A stretch of 64,000 nucleotides of DNA from Octopus vulgaris (GCA_951406725.2 OX597831.1:4216001-4280000), one strand, 5' to 3'; positions 40,662 to 52,930 are shown, numbered from the stretch's first letter. Made by a program: numbers and translations. The notes: generated by a model not told the origin, from the letters alone.

Positions 40662-40972
40662 AGTGGAGGCACATGGCCTAGTGGTTAGAGCAGCGGACTC
40701 GCGGTCGAGGGATCGCGAGTTTGAATTAGAGACCGGGCGATATATGGGTTTTTGAGAGAAACAGCTAAGTTCCATGCGGCTCCGGCAGAAGGTAATTGCA
40801 AACTTCTGCTGACTCTTTCGCTATAACCTTCTCTCACTCTTTCCTCCTGCATTTTGCAGCTCACCTGCGACGGACCGGCGTTCCGTCCAGGTGGGGAACC
40901 TATACGCCAAGGAAACCGGGAAACCGGCATTTACGAGCCAGACATGGCTCGAGAAGTAACAAACAACATTCT
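40662..40972 (+). mobile_element. tRNA-derived SINE
   Basis: GTGGAGGCACATGGCCTAGTGGTTAGAGCAGCGG head and (AAC)-type tail. Confidence 0.8.
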
Positions 40973-41096
40973 CAACCACAGCGTAGAGTTTGTCAGATCG
41001 CACGACGTGACGTATACTGAATAAATGGAAAGCACACTGGTCTTTGACTCAAGAAATATACGGCACTGTGTCACTCATCGGTCTATGATGAGTGAC

Positions 41097-41132
41097 ACCG
41101 AAAGGCTGGTGGTTCAAGCCCACCCAGGGACA
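41097..41132 (+). pseudogene. 3' half of tRNA-Asn at a rearrangement junction
   Basis: ACCGAAAGGCTGGTGGTTCAAGCCCACCCAGGGACA followed by the normal Asn 3' flank. Confidence 0.8.
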
Positions 41133-41521
41133 GATTCTTTCACTTTTGCTGAAAATATACCAGCGTTGAAGCTTCTCTTTTCTCGACCGTTGCGGGAATA
41201 GAATAGAACAATTTCTGCATTGTGGTTTATAATAAGCATTATTTTGCTTCTTCTACCTTTACAGGTGCTTAGTAAATGTAATATAAACTAATATTATAAA
41301 AAAAGCCCAAAAACTTGTACAATCTCTTCTCCACTAAATCTCACAGATGTATGACGATAAATTAATATTGCTTTTGTTTTATTTAATAAAGATAATTTTC
41401 TTCAAGGGCATTTTCCGTGTCTTAAAATATATTTCATCGGATATTTTTCATTTCAAAGAATTCTCCCATTTACTCAGTCAATACAGAATACGTCAATAAA
41501 ATGGTAAATCAGCAACGCACA

Positions 41522-41594
41522 GCCGAAATATCTCAGTTGGGAGAGCGTTAGACTGAAGATCTAAAGGTCCCTGGTTCGATCCCGGGTTTCGGCA
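41522..41594 (+). tRNA. trnF-GAA: tRNA-Phe (GAA), D-stem G10 to T variant
   Basis: GCCGAAATATCTCAG.., otherwise identical to 33925. Confidence 0.88.
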
Positions 41595-42013
41595 TGGTAC
41601 TTCATTTTTTAAAATTTTGTTCTTGGGTTCAATCGAATTATAAATATTGACAATATTTCTATGACAACTTGGTTTTCTTCATGCCATCTCTCCATAAACA
41701 TCGTTCAACTACGCAACGTCATTGTAAACAGAAGGAAACAGATCACAGACCAGTGAAAATTATTATTTTTTCAACATTTTATGATGCAATTTTAATTAAT
41801 AAGTATGTTTGGAAATTTTCAAACTAAAGGTATAGATTTTTAAGAAAGATTAGGTGAAGTGCATTCCTCTAGTTATGGCTAATTGTTTTGGAAATAGTTC
41901 TTTTCCCTTGGTAATTGTAAAAGAGAATTAAAATTATTTCACGCCTACATTTCTCTGCTACAAACGAAGAAAACTAAAAGAAAAGAAACATATCTCGCAG
42001 TTTGTCTACAGAT

Positions 42014-42030
42014 GTCTCTGTGGCGCAATT

Positions 42031-42080
<50 letters not shown>

Positions 42081-42087
42081 AGGGACG
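42014..42087 (+). tRNA. trnN-GTT: tRNA-Asn (GTT)
   Basis: Intact 74 nt. Confidence 0.97.
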
Positions 42088-43204
42088 GATTCTTTCAGTT
42101 TTGCTGAAAATACATCAGCGTTGAAGCTTCTGTTTTCTCGCCCATTGTGGGAATAGAATAGAACAATTTCTGCATTATGGTTTATAATAAGCTTTATTTT
42201 GCTTCTTCTACCTTTACAGGTGCTTAGTAAATGTAATATAAACTAATATTATAAAAAAAGCCCGAAAACTTGTACAATCTCTTCTTCACTAAATCTCACA
42301 GATGTATGACGAAAAATTAATATTGCTTTTGTTTTATTTAATAAAGATAATTTTCTTCAAATACATTTTCCGTGTTTTAAAATATATTTCATCGGATATT
42401 TTTCATTTAACAGAATTCTCCCATTTACTCTGCCACATTTTGTGAAGTTGTTGCAACGTTTTCAATTTCTTACGGACAAAAGCTGAAAATAGCGACTTCC
42501 GGTATATCGAAAATGGAGGGTTCAGATTGATTTAAATTTGAACAGTTAAAATATTCTTAACGTCTATATCATAATTATATGAAAGTATAAAAACAAACAA
42601 TCAAATATACTATTCCCTCCTCTTAGCAATGGGAATATCGTCAACGAATGTACAAGTGTTTCGCTCTCCCGAATGATTTCGTCGATTTGACAAATTCTTC
42701 ACGAATTGTCTTATGTGAAAAGAAACTTAATAGAACGATAAATTTAAACTGTGTTAAAGTTTGTTAAAATATTACGGTCTATACGCCTCATATTGTCCAT
42801 AAAGCTGATATTTCGGCTAAGAGCAAAGAATTACGAGTTGGTTTAGAAAAAATATTTAGTACTGAAGATTGTGAACAATTTTCTGAAAAATATTGAAAAA
42901 TAATGAAGAGCAATTTGAAAGGGCTCATCGCAATTTCAAATTCCGTATTAACACTTCTTTAGAGCTACATGGCCAACACATCGAACATTTGTAATGGATT
43001 ACTTACATCATTGCTAATAAAGCATACTTGATATCTCTCGTGGTACGTGACTTTGTGATCACCCTGCCAAGTCTAGCGAAACACATCACCGAACAGCCAC
43101 TGGTCAGCTACCGAATCTTCTCGGTTATACTTTCGTTTCGAAAATTTGCGACAAACTATTTCAATGTAGAATACATCAGTAAAATTGTAAATCAGCATCG
43201 AACA

Positions 43205-43277
43205 GCCGAAATAGCTCAGGTGGGAGAGCGTTAGACTGAAGATCTAAAGGTCCCTGGTTCGATCCCGGGTTTCGGCA
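43205..43277 (+). tRNA. trnF-GAA: tRNA-Phe (GAA)
   Basis: Intact 73 nt. Confidence 0.97.
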
Positions 43278-43900
43278 TGGTTCCTCATTTTTTATTTTGT
43301 TCTTAGGTTCAATCGAATTATAAATATTTACAATATTTCTATGACAACTTGGTTTTCTTCATGCCATCTCTCCATAAACATCGTTCAACTACGAAACGTC
43401 ATTGGAAACAGATCACAGACCAGTGAAAATTATTATTTTTTCAACATTTTATGATGCAATTTTAATTAATAACTATGTTTGGAAATTTTCAAACTAAAGG
43501 TATAGATTTTTAAGAAAGATTAGGCGAAGTGCATTCCTCTAGTTATGGGTAATTGTTTTGGAAATAGTTCTTTTCCCTTGGTAATTGTAGAAGAGAATTA
43601 AAATTATTTAACGCCTACATTTCTCTGCTACAAATGAAGAAAACTAAAAGAAAAGAAATATATCTCGCACTCTTGGTAATATTGGTAAGCACCATAAGTT
43701 TAATGTAGAAGAAATAATGCTAAGATGCTGCAAGTTTTTGATACTTCTTATAATAACAATTCATATAATGTTTCTTGAGAAAGTACAATCACTGAGGAAG
43801 GGAATAAATTTTAGTTTGAGGTGAATACAAGTGGCGAGAAGACAGAAGAAGCTTTCATCCAGGTGTAATTGCAAAAAATTTCAGCAAAAATTTATTCAAT

Positions 43901-43917
43901 CGTCCCTGGGTGGACTC

Positions 43918-43968
<51 letters not shown>

Positions 43969-43974
43969 AGAGAC
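43901..43974 (-). tRNA. trnN-GTT: tRNA-Asn (GTT)
   Basis: Intact 74 nt, T-loop GTTCGAG. Confidence 0.96.
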
Positions 43975-43995
43975 TCCTCGCTGAAAATAGGCAAA

Positions 43996-44400
43996 TCTCT
44001 CTCTATATAAAGCTGAAGTTGTCTGTGTATGGCAGGTTTGATAGCCTTCAACTAACAACTATCTCCTCCGAGACCCTACGGCGCAAGTTGACCAAAATTG
44101 AGAGTATGACAGAAGAAGGCTTGCTCTTCCTTCCGTAGAGGAAAAAATTCAAATCGGACCATGTTAACACCAAAAATTATTTACATTTAAAAGGTGCTTT
44201 TTTTTTTTTTATATGAAAATCCCTTTTTTTTACGAATTTTTGACTGCTGTGTCACCATTTTTCGGTGTATTTCAACCAGAAAAATGTTCACTTAAAGAGA
44301 ATAACAAGCTACATAATGCAAAATTTTTACTTTTCAAAAATTCCAATTCTAAAGGGTCGAAAAGAAAACAAACCCGAGCAACGCCGGGCGATACTACTAG
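43996..44400 (+). mobile_element. Non-autonomous Helitron-like element inserted in the Phe-Asn spacer
   Basis: 5' TC, 3' hairpin CCCGAGCAACGCCGGG plus CTAG, A|T target. Enlarges the spacer from ~420 to ~830 bp. Confidence 0.8.
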
Positions 44401-44806
44401 TAATAATTATTTTTCTCTAGTTTTCTTCGTTTCGTAGCACATGATTATACACGTGAAAGAATTTTGATTCTGTTTTATAATCACCAAAAAGAAAGCTAAT
44501 TTCCAAAGCGATCTACCATTAATACTGGAATGTGCCTCACCTAATTTTTCTTAAAAATGCATGTTTTCTTGAAATATTCCAAACGTACATATAAATTATG
44601 ATTGTCCTGATAGAATGTTAAAAAAAAAGTTGATAATTTTCACAAGTCTGTGATCTGTTTTCTTCCATGGACAATGGCGTTGTGGAGAGGAGCAATGTGT
44701 AGGGAGCGGTGGTATGAAGAAATGTCAGTTATTATAAAAGAATTATCAAATATTCATAGCTCGATTGAACCCAGTCAAAAAAAAAAAAATGAAAGCAGAT
44801 GTTCGT

Positions 44807-44879
44807 TGCCGAAACCCGGGATCGAACCAGGGACCTTTAGATCTTCAGTCTAACGCTCTCCCACCTGAGCTATTTCGGC
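44807..44879 (-). tRNA. trnF-GAA: tRNA-Phe (GAA)
   Basis: Intact 73 nt. Confidence 0.97.
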
Positions 44880-45205
44880 GAAGCAACTGCTTGTTTCAAT
44901 TTTATTTACATATTCAATGAAGGTATAACCGAGGAAAACTGATAGCTGACCAGTAGCTATTCAGTGATGTGTTTCGCCACACATGACACGTACACGTATA
45001 TGCCCCACCTTGTCGAATTCGTGACACACATAGCGAGTGTATTGGAGATTTGCTTCTGCTGGCAACTGTCGTACACACTTCCTTGTGGTCACCATACTCG
45101 TCAATAGTAAGTATTATATATATCATGCTAGCAATTTCATTTCAGACATATCAGCCAAATTGTAGACTTTGTCAACTTGCAAGACGGCGCTAAACAAGAG
45201 GAAAT

Positions 45206-45549
45206 GGATCTTTACCTTTGACCGGCAGATTTAGAAAATAATTTCTTGTAACTAAACACTTTCAAACTTCGTATACTGGTAAAATGTGTCATATAAAACA
45301 TCTTTTACTCTTAGCGTTTTTGAGAAAAGTTTATATTTACGAAGTTATTTCGTGTTAAAGTTGTATTTCGGTAATTTCAACCAATCAATGACGTGTATTC
45401 AGCTGAATAAAATTACTGCTGTTGTTTGTCAACAACAAATATCGGCGGTATATATTTCATTTGTCATTGTTATTTATGACATCGTTCATGCGTTTGTACT
45501 GGTTTTAGCTTTAAGGTTTTAGGGTCAGGGTTAGGGTTTTAGGATTTTA
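45206..45549. mobile_element. Truncated long-TIR MITE with TTAGGG-like core
   Basis: Begins GGATCTTTACCTTTGACCGGCAG. Its ~275-bp arm matches 48034-48311. Confidence 0.65.
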
Positions 45550-45808
45550 TGTAAAATCCGCAAATTTCCAAGCAGAAAGCAGAATCGAACTGTCATTTGC
45601 TTCCACAGAAATATTCCAAGTGAAATATTTTGATTTTGTCGAGTTATATAGAAAGAATGCCAAGATAGACCACATTTTATTTAATGAAATATGTTTCACT
45701 GAAAAGCAATATCGCTCCAAATATCTCTCAATATCTATCAAAGTGTTGTAATATTTTCATTTACTTATAGAAAAAATGGAGATTGGAACTGCCAGTATAT
45801 CGAATATG

Positions 45809-47426
45809 AAGAGTTGAGATTGGGCAAATTTATGAACTTTAAATATTTCATGATATTTATATTATAATTTTATGAAAAAAGAAAAACAGAAAAGACAAGA
45901 AACAAAAGAAAAAGAAAAACAAGAACGAAGCATAGAAATAAATATACAATTCACCCGACGTTAGAGTCGAACCCTCGATTGCAAATATAAGAGTACATTG
46001 CGTTACTTATAAAATCTGTCGGTTGTGTTAATTAATTGCTTTTTATGCAGACCGAATTTAAGGGAAAGATAAAATTGTGTTAAATTAGCAGGATTGTGTT
46101 TGTTAAGCTAATACGGATATATTCGCTTCATATTTTCTATAAAGCTGATATTTCGATCCTGTGCAAAGAATTCTGCGTTTGTTTTGAAAAAAAAATAGGC
46201 AGTTTTGATGATTGAGAAGAATTTACTGAAAAATAATGCCGCGTACAATATGAAAGTTAGTGGTGGAGAAATTCTGTCGAGACGCAGCAAATGGATCTTT
46301 TCGGTTTGAACGGCAGTTTTTTCTAGCGGTGTCATATGAAATTGTCACCCATAATTATGACCCTAGTATCGATCTATTGCATTTCAATCTGTTTTAGGGT
46401 TAGGGTTAGTTAGGGTTAGTTAGGGGTGGGGAGAAGGGTATCTTTTTTTCTTCACAAATGTAAATAAACCCCATCTGTTTCTTAAACGAGGGACATATTC
46501 ATACGACACAGAATGTTTTTTTTTACCTCATTAGACGTCATTGATTGGTTGAAGTTGCAGAAATTGAAGAAAAAAAACAACAAATATCTTACAAACTATA
46601 GAATTTTCTCAATAAAGCCAAGAGAAAAAGATGTTTTATAAACACATTCTACCAGTATACGAAATTTAAAAATTTCTGCAACTTCAACCAATCAATGACG
46701 TCTAATGAGGTAAAAAAAACATTCTGTGTCGTATGAATATGTCCCTCGTTTAAGAAACAGATGGGGTTTATTTACATTTGTGAAGAAAAAAAGATACCCT
46801 TCTCCCCACCCCTAACTAACCCTAACTAACCCTAACCCTAAAACAGATTGAAATGCAATAGATCGATACTAGGGTCATAATTATGGGTGACAATTTCATA
46901 TGACACCGCTAGAAAAAACTGCCGTTCAAACCGAAAAGATCCATTTGCTGCGTCTCGACAGAATTTCTCCACCACTAACTTTCATATTGTACGCGGCATT
47001 ATTTTTCAGTAAATTCTTCTCAATCATCAAAACTGCCTATTTTTTTTTCAAAACAAACGCAGAATTCTTTGCACAGGATCGAAATATCAGCTTTATAGAA
47101 AATATGAAGCGAATATATCCGTATTAGCTTAACAAACACAATCCTGCTAATTTAACACAATTTTATCTTTCCCTTAAATTCGGTCTGCATAAAAAGCAAT
47201 TAATTAACACAACCGACAGATTTTATAAGTAACGCAATGTACTCTTATATTTGCAATCGAGGGTTCGACTCTAACGTCGGGTGAATTGTATATTTATTTC
47301 TATGCTTCGTTCTTGTTTTTCTTTTTCTTTTGTTTCTTGTCTTTTCTGTTTTTCTTTTTTCATAAAATTATAATATAAATATCATGAAATATTTAAAGTT
47401 CATAAATTTGCCCAATCTCAACTCTT
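45809..47426. repeat. Near-perfect inverted repeat: arms 45809-46565 and 46671-47426, spacer 105 bp
   Basis: Identical ORF translations on opposite strands (46108-46335 and 46900-47127). The only difference I noticed is T9 versus A8. Confidence 0.95.
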
Positions 47427-47477
47427 TAGTTACGTGGAAATTATTTTAAAAAACTGCCGTTCAAACCGAAAAGACCC
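46293..47477. mobile_element. MITE with ~30-bp TIRs and 8-bp TSD, interrupted by the inverted duplication
   Basis: GGATCTTTTCGGTTTGAACGGCAGTTTTTT / AAAAAACTGCCGTTCAAACCGAAAAGACCC. Flanks CAGCAAAT (46285-46292) and CTGCAAAT (47478-47485). Confidence 0.75.
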
Positions 47478-47520
47478 CTGCAAATTTTCGATATTTTTAT
47501 AATATCAGTTTATATAATGA

Positions 47521-47691
47521 GATACAAATAAGATGATTATTTATTTTCAAAAGCATAAACGTTGATATAACAGCAGGGATCGGATAAGATATCTGTAATA
47601 AGCGGAAAAATTGGTCAGCAACCAGCTAATCTGATCTCTGCTGTTCTATCAGCTTTTATGCGTTTGAAAATAAATAATCATCTTATTTGTA
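47521..47691. mobile_element. Small foldback element/MITE with ~60-bp inverted arms
   Basis: GATACAAATAAGATGATTATTTATTTTCAAA.. / ..TTTGAAAATAAATAATCATCTTATTTGTATC. Confidence 0.7.
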
Positions 47692-47899
47692 TCGCACAAT
47701 ACACATTTCAACGCTTCGAAAACAAACATTAGTTTATTTACATTTATCGTAATACAATTTATATAATGTTTCCTGAGAAGCTGCAATTATTGAGGAAACG
47801 AAATAAGATTCGGTATGAGGAGAACGCAATTGGCAAGAAGAGGGCAGAAGCTTTCCTGCCGGTGTCATTTCAAAAATCTTTGGCAAGACTGAATGTAAA

Positions 47900-47946
47900 T
47901 GTTCCTGGGGTTAGCCGCAAGCGCTAATCGATTGCGCCACAAAGAC
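47900..47946 (-). pseudogene. tRNA-Asn pseudogene with internal deletion
   Basis: GCGCTAATCGATTGCGCCACAAAGAC 5' half at the expected position within the unit. Confidence 0.7.
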
Positions 47947-47964
47947 ACTTCGCAAACCAAGATG

Positions 47965-48003
<39 letters not shown>

Positions 48004-48033
48004 AGTTTATTTTGTTTGTAGCATACAAATATA

Positions 48034-48416
48034 GGATCTTTACCTTTTGACCGACAGATTTTAAAAATATTTTTTTGTAACTAAACACTTTCAAACTTCA
48101 TATACTGGTAGAATGTGTCATATAAAACATATTTTACTCTTAACGTTTTTGAGAAAAGCTTATATTTACGAAGTTATTTCACGTTAAAGTTGTCCTATTT
48201 CGGTAATTTCAACCAATCAATGACGTGTATTCAGCTGAATAAAATTACTGTTGTTGTTTGTCAATAACAACTATCGGTGGTGTATTTTTCGTTTGTCACT
48301 GTTATTTATGACAACCCTAAACCTAAAATCCTAACCCTAACCCTAAAACATTAACCCTAACCCTAACCCTAAAACCTTAAAGCTAAAACCAATACAAACG
48401 CACGAACGATGTCATA
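48034..48416. mobile_element. Truncated long-TIR MITE with (CCCTAA)n core
   Basis: Arm homologous to 45206-45480. Core in the opposite orientation. Confidence 0.65.
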
Positions 48417-48431
48417 GAACAATTAGCATCA

Positions 48432-48492
48432 TGCCGAAACCAGGGATCTTTAAATTTTCAGTTTAACACTCTCTCCACTAAGCTATTTCGGC
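48432..48492 (-). pseudogene. tRNA-Phe pseudogene
   Basis: T-arm deleted between AACC microhomologies, with multiple substitutions. Confidence 0.8.
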
Positions 48493-49690
48493 TGCATAGG
48501 TCAGTAACCTATCTTGTTTACCTGTTCAAAACTGAAGTAATTTTGTTGCAATTTACGAAACAAAATATTCGAGACGAATATTTTGTATAAGGAAAGCTGA
48601 TAGATGACCAGTGGCTATTCAGTGCTGTGTTTCTCCAGACATGGCTGGTACTGGTAATTCTATATGCCCTGTCCTTGTCGAAGTCATGTCCACAGAACGA
48701 ATGTATTAGAGATTCGCTTCTGCTGGGAACTACCATACACGCTTTCTTGTGGTCACTATACACGCGCTCATATTAAAGATATCGTGCTAGCAATTTCCGT
48801 TTAGATCTTGCAGCCACAACGTAGAGTTTATCCACTCCCAAGACGGGTCTGAATACGTGAAAAGTATTTTAGGCTTTGACTGAAGCGGGAAATAAGACAA
48901 CCATCAACCTCTCACTGACTCGTGTCTCTGCAAATACAAATGGTGGTACAGTCTCTAGAAATACGATATTGTGGAAAATCATTTTCTGTGCGTCGTACAA
49001 TGTAATTTTTAAAGTATTTTTTTCTTTCTTTTATGCTGGGTAATTTCATCGCATTCATTTTCTGTATTGAAAATCTTTATAGATCTCATTTTATTTAATG
49101 AAATACGTTTCATTGAAAAGCATTTCCTCTTGTCTTTAAATTATACTTCATTAAATATTTTCATTTACCAGAATCCCTCAAAAGTCTCCCACCATCTTTC
49201 AAGCTATTGTCATGCTTTCATTTACTTATAGAAAAACTGGAGATTGGGACAATTGCTATAATGAATATTAAGGGGTCAGACTGGTTAAATTTAGAAGCTG
49301 TAATTATTTTATGATATTTATATAATAATTGCATGAAAAAAAAAAAGGAACAGAAAAACAACAAACAAACTTACAAATAAATGTACAATTCACTTGACAT
49401 GGGAATCGAACCCTCGACTACGAACATACGAGTGTTTTGCACCACTGAAAGATTTCATCGTACATGGATATTTGCGTTAAATTAGGAGGATTCAGTTTAT
49501 TAAGCAATTATGTATATGCTTTATATTTTGCATAAAACTGATATTTTTAGTTTATAATATCGATTTCTATAAGGTTTCCTAAGAAACTGCAATTATAGAG
49601 AAACCGAAATAAAATTTAATATAAGGTGAATGCAGTTGGCGAGAAGACAGCAGAAGCTTTCCTGCAGGTGTAAGTTCAAAAAACTTAAGC

Positions 49691-49764
49691 AAAAGGTAGG
49701 TGGGATTGAACCACCAATCTTTCGGTTAACAGCCGAACGCGCTAGCCGATTGCGCCACAGACAC
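49691..49764 (-). pseudogene. tRNA-Asn(GTT) lacking the 3' acceptor strand
   Basis: D, anticodon and T arms present. The CAGGGACG 3' end is absent. Confidence 0.8.
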
Positions 49765-50212
49765 ACTTCGCTCAATCTCTTAAGTGATATATCTTTTCTC
49801 TTACTTTGTTCGCTCATTGAATAGAAATATATATGTGTGAAAGAATCTTAATTCTTTTTTTAAATCACCAAGAAAAAAGACTATTTTCAAACAGATTTAC
49901 CATAAACACAGGAATTTGCCTATCTTAATCTTTCTTAATATATGACTGTTTTTTCTTTGAAATTTTCCAAACATACTTATTGATTATGATTGCTCTGATA
50001 TACTACTGAAAAAAAAAATCAAACCCAAAGAAAACAAGATAATTTTCACAACTCTTCGATCCATGTTTTTTTTATTTTTACACTCCGTATGGTGTTACAA
50101 AATAGAACGAAACATACGAAGAGATGGCATAAAAAAATCTCGGATACCACAGATATTTCCAAAATATTTATAATTAGATTGAAACTAAGAGCAAAATAGT
50201 GTGACAGCGCCC

Positions 50213-50285
50213 TGCCGAAACCCGGGATCGAACCAGGGACCTTTAGATCTTCAGTCTAACGCTCTCCCAGCTGAGCTATTTCGGC
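50213..50285 (-). tRNA. trnF-GAA: tRNA-Phe (GAA)
   Basis: Intact 73 nt, D-loop variant CAGCTGGG. Confidence 0.96.
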
Positions 50286-50619
50286 TGCACACCGCCTGTT
50301 TCCGATTTTATTTATATAATCTATATTCAGATATTTTGGTCGCAATTTACGAAACTAAATTTTATTTCGTTTCATAAAATTTGCCATAAAGGTATGACAC
50401 AGTAGCCTGCGGGCTGAACAGATACATTGATGAGATGAATGATGAAAAAGGATGATATTGATGGGAGAAGACAAAAAAACGTCCGCCGATTCTTTTGCTT
50501 CTCTAATACATTATTCTTTTTTTAAAAAAATATATATATAAAAAAGCAAAACGAGTTATTAAACCTCTTATTTTAGTTTTTATAATTGTTCCATTTTATA
50601 ATTATCCCATTGTTCCATT

Positions 50620-50913
50620 TCACGTGACCATCACGTGACCGACCAGGCTATCAGATGTTGCTACACATCGCTGGTCACAATGCGTTCGCATTGTTTTAGC
50701 CTTCGAACGACGCCACCCCGCTGGCTAAGCGAGCAGGCTAACAGAAGAAAGAGTGGAGAAAGAGTACAGCAGGGATCACCACCTCCTGCCGGAGCCTCGT
50801 GGAGCTTTTAGGTGTTTTCGCTCAATAAACACACAACGCCCGGTCTGGGAATCGGAACTGCGATCCTCCAACCGCGAGTCCGCTGCCCTAACCACTGGGC
50901 CATTGCGCCTCCA
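50620..50913 (-). mobile_element. tRNA-derived SINE
   Basis: Head shared with 6945-7343 but a different 3' tail. Confidence 0.75.
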
Positions 50914-51244
50914 TTGCGAGACGAAATTATAAACGAGGAAAAAGTGATCGCTGACCAGTGGCTATTCAGTGAAGTGCTTCGCCAGACATGGCAGATAATA
51001 CTATATGTCCTACCTTGTCGCAATCGTGACAAACAGAACGAATGTACTGGAGATTCGCTTCTACCGGGAACTACTATACACATTGACTTGTGGCCACCAT
51101 AGCCACAAGCGGGAGGGATGTAATCTTTCCCATTTCAGTTTAGAACTATGAGCCGCAGCGTAGAGTCTGCCAAATCGCACGACGTGACCGACTCTAGATC
51201 AACTGGGAAGTACTTTGGTCTTTGACTCAAAATAAAAATAAATG

Positions 51245-51480
51245 CCCCCTTTTAAAGCCTAGCCAGGCTCATGGGCCCGGTTTCCCGGCTTCTACGGTGC
51301 ATGTGTTCCCCAGCTGGACGGGGCGCCAGTCCATCGCAGCGTTACTCCTTTTTGCCAGCTGAATGGACTGGAGCAGCGTGAAATGAAGTGTTTTGCTCAA
51401 GAACACAACGCGTCGCCCAGTCCAGGAATCGAAGCCACAATGATACTGACACCCTAACCACTAAGCCAAGCGCCTCCACG
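51245..51480 (-). mobile_element. tRNA-derived SINE (related head, CORE-like body)
   Basis: Minus strand GTGGAGGCGCTTGGCTTAGTGGTTAGGG..TTCTTGAGCAAAACACTT. TCTTTGACTCA is repeated at both flanks. Confidence 0.7.
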
Positions 51481-52435
51481 ATCTTTGACTCAGGTGGGAA
51501 ATAAATGGTACTTTGTCACTCATCGTCCTATGAGCGACCTGTGTTTTTGTGAATTCCTGAACTAGAACAGAAACTAGAAACACTTGTTTTTCGTAAATTC
51601 TGTTTCATATGTTGCATAATATCATTGTCCATCTGTTTTCTTTCTTTCATATCATATGCTTGTATTCCGTCCGTTTTCAGCGTTGAGTTCGTCCAACTGA
51701 ACAAACGAAAAGTTCTTTGGGCTTTGATGAAAATGGGAAATAAACGGCGCTATGCCATTCATCATCCTCTGATTGATTCGTGTCTCTACGAATGCATGCG
51801 GTGGCACAGACTCTAGATTTTGAGGAAAATCTTTTTCTGTGCGTCGTTTACTTTCTTCTATGTTGGGAATTTCATTGCATTTCTCTTCACTAATGAACAT
51901 TTTTATAGATCTCATTTTATTTAATGAAATATACTTGATTCAAAAGCTCTTCGTCCTGTCTTTAAATTATATTTCACTATTTTGGTTTATCAGATTCCGC
52001 CAAAATTCTCCCACCATCTTTCAAGGTGTTAATCATGTTTTTATTTACTTACAGAAAAACTGGATATGGAGACATCTGGTAAGTCGAATATGAAGGGGTG
52101 AAATTGGTTAAAATTGGAGACTTTAAACATTTAATGATATTTATATTGTAAGTTTATGAAAGAATGAAAAAAAAAAGCATACACACATACAAATAAATGT
52201 ACAAATCAAACCGGCGCTGGAATCGAACCCTCGACAACGCACGTAAAGGTGTGTTGCTCTGCTGAAAGATTTTTTCAGGATGACGCGTTAACGAATTGTC
52301 TTATTTGGAGAGGAATTTAAAAGGAACATAAATTTGTATTAAATTAAGTTTGTTAAAACTATTACAAACATCTTCACTTCATTATTTACGTTATTTACAT
52401 ATGACGGATATTTGTCCATATCTTGTTTGTTGTTA

Positions 52436-52479
52436 ACACAATGTTTCGGCTTTTATACCCTCCAGCTTTCTTCAGGTGT
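52436..52479 (-). ncRNA. Minimal hammerhead-like motif
   Basis: ACAC-CTGAAGA-..-GAAA-CA-TT-GTGT on the minus strand. Confidence 0.5.
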
Positions 52480-52535
52480 CTTGGGGAAATTCCAAACCTG
52501 GGTTCTCATTCCTAAAGTATTTTTCGATGTTGTTG

Positions 52536-52588
<53 letters not shown>

Positions 52589-52619
52589 TAATTTTATTTT
52601 TATAGCGTGCTTTCACTTC

Positions 52620-52797
52620 ACTACCGAGCGCAGCTCTGTGTGCCTTGGGTATGTGCTGTGATTTGTTGTGATGCTCTGATGGTTATTGTATGGAAAGTGT
52701 TCTGCGTAGGATGTGTGCAGTGCCTAGTAGTGCAATTTTTTGTATGTTATATGTGTTTGTAAGTCCTGGTGTTTTTGTTATGTATTTGTCTGAATAT
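52620..52797 (-). mobile_element. R4/Dong-like element 3' end (REL C-terminus plus UTR)
   Basis: YSDKYITKTPGLTNTYNIQKIALLGTAHILRRTLSIQ*, bounded by (TTA)n. Confidence 0.65.
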
Positions 52798-52826
52798 TTT
52801 TTTAAATTTTTTTTTTATTATTATTA

Positions 52827-52870
<44 letters not shown>

Positions 52871-52871
52871 G

Positions 52872-52930
<59 letters not shown>

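Noticed and set aside
45950-45990. Additional tRNA gene (TCGAACCC B-box-like; also ~49400 and ~52215)
   Set aside because: No cloverleaf or A box can be built. It is only a B-box-like relic within the duplicated spacer.
46393-46425. True telomere or chromosome fusion site
   Set aside because: There are only a few degenerate TTAGGG units internal to a MITE, and the head-to-head appearance is due to the inverted duplication.
46108-47127. Duplicated 75-aa protein gene
   Set aside because: The identity comes from the DNA inverted repeat. The ORF spans a MITE end and AT-rich spacer with no recognisable domain.
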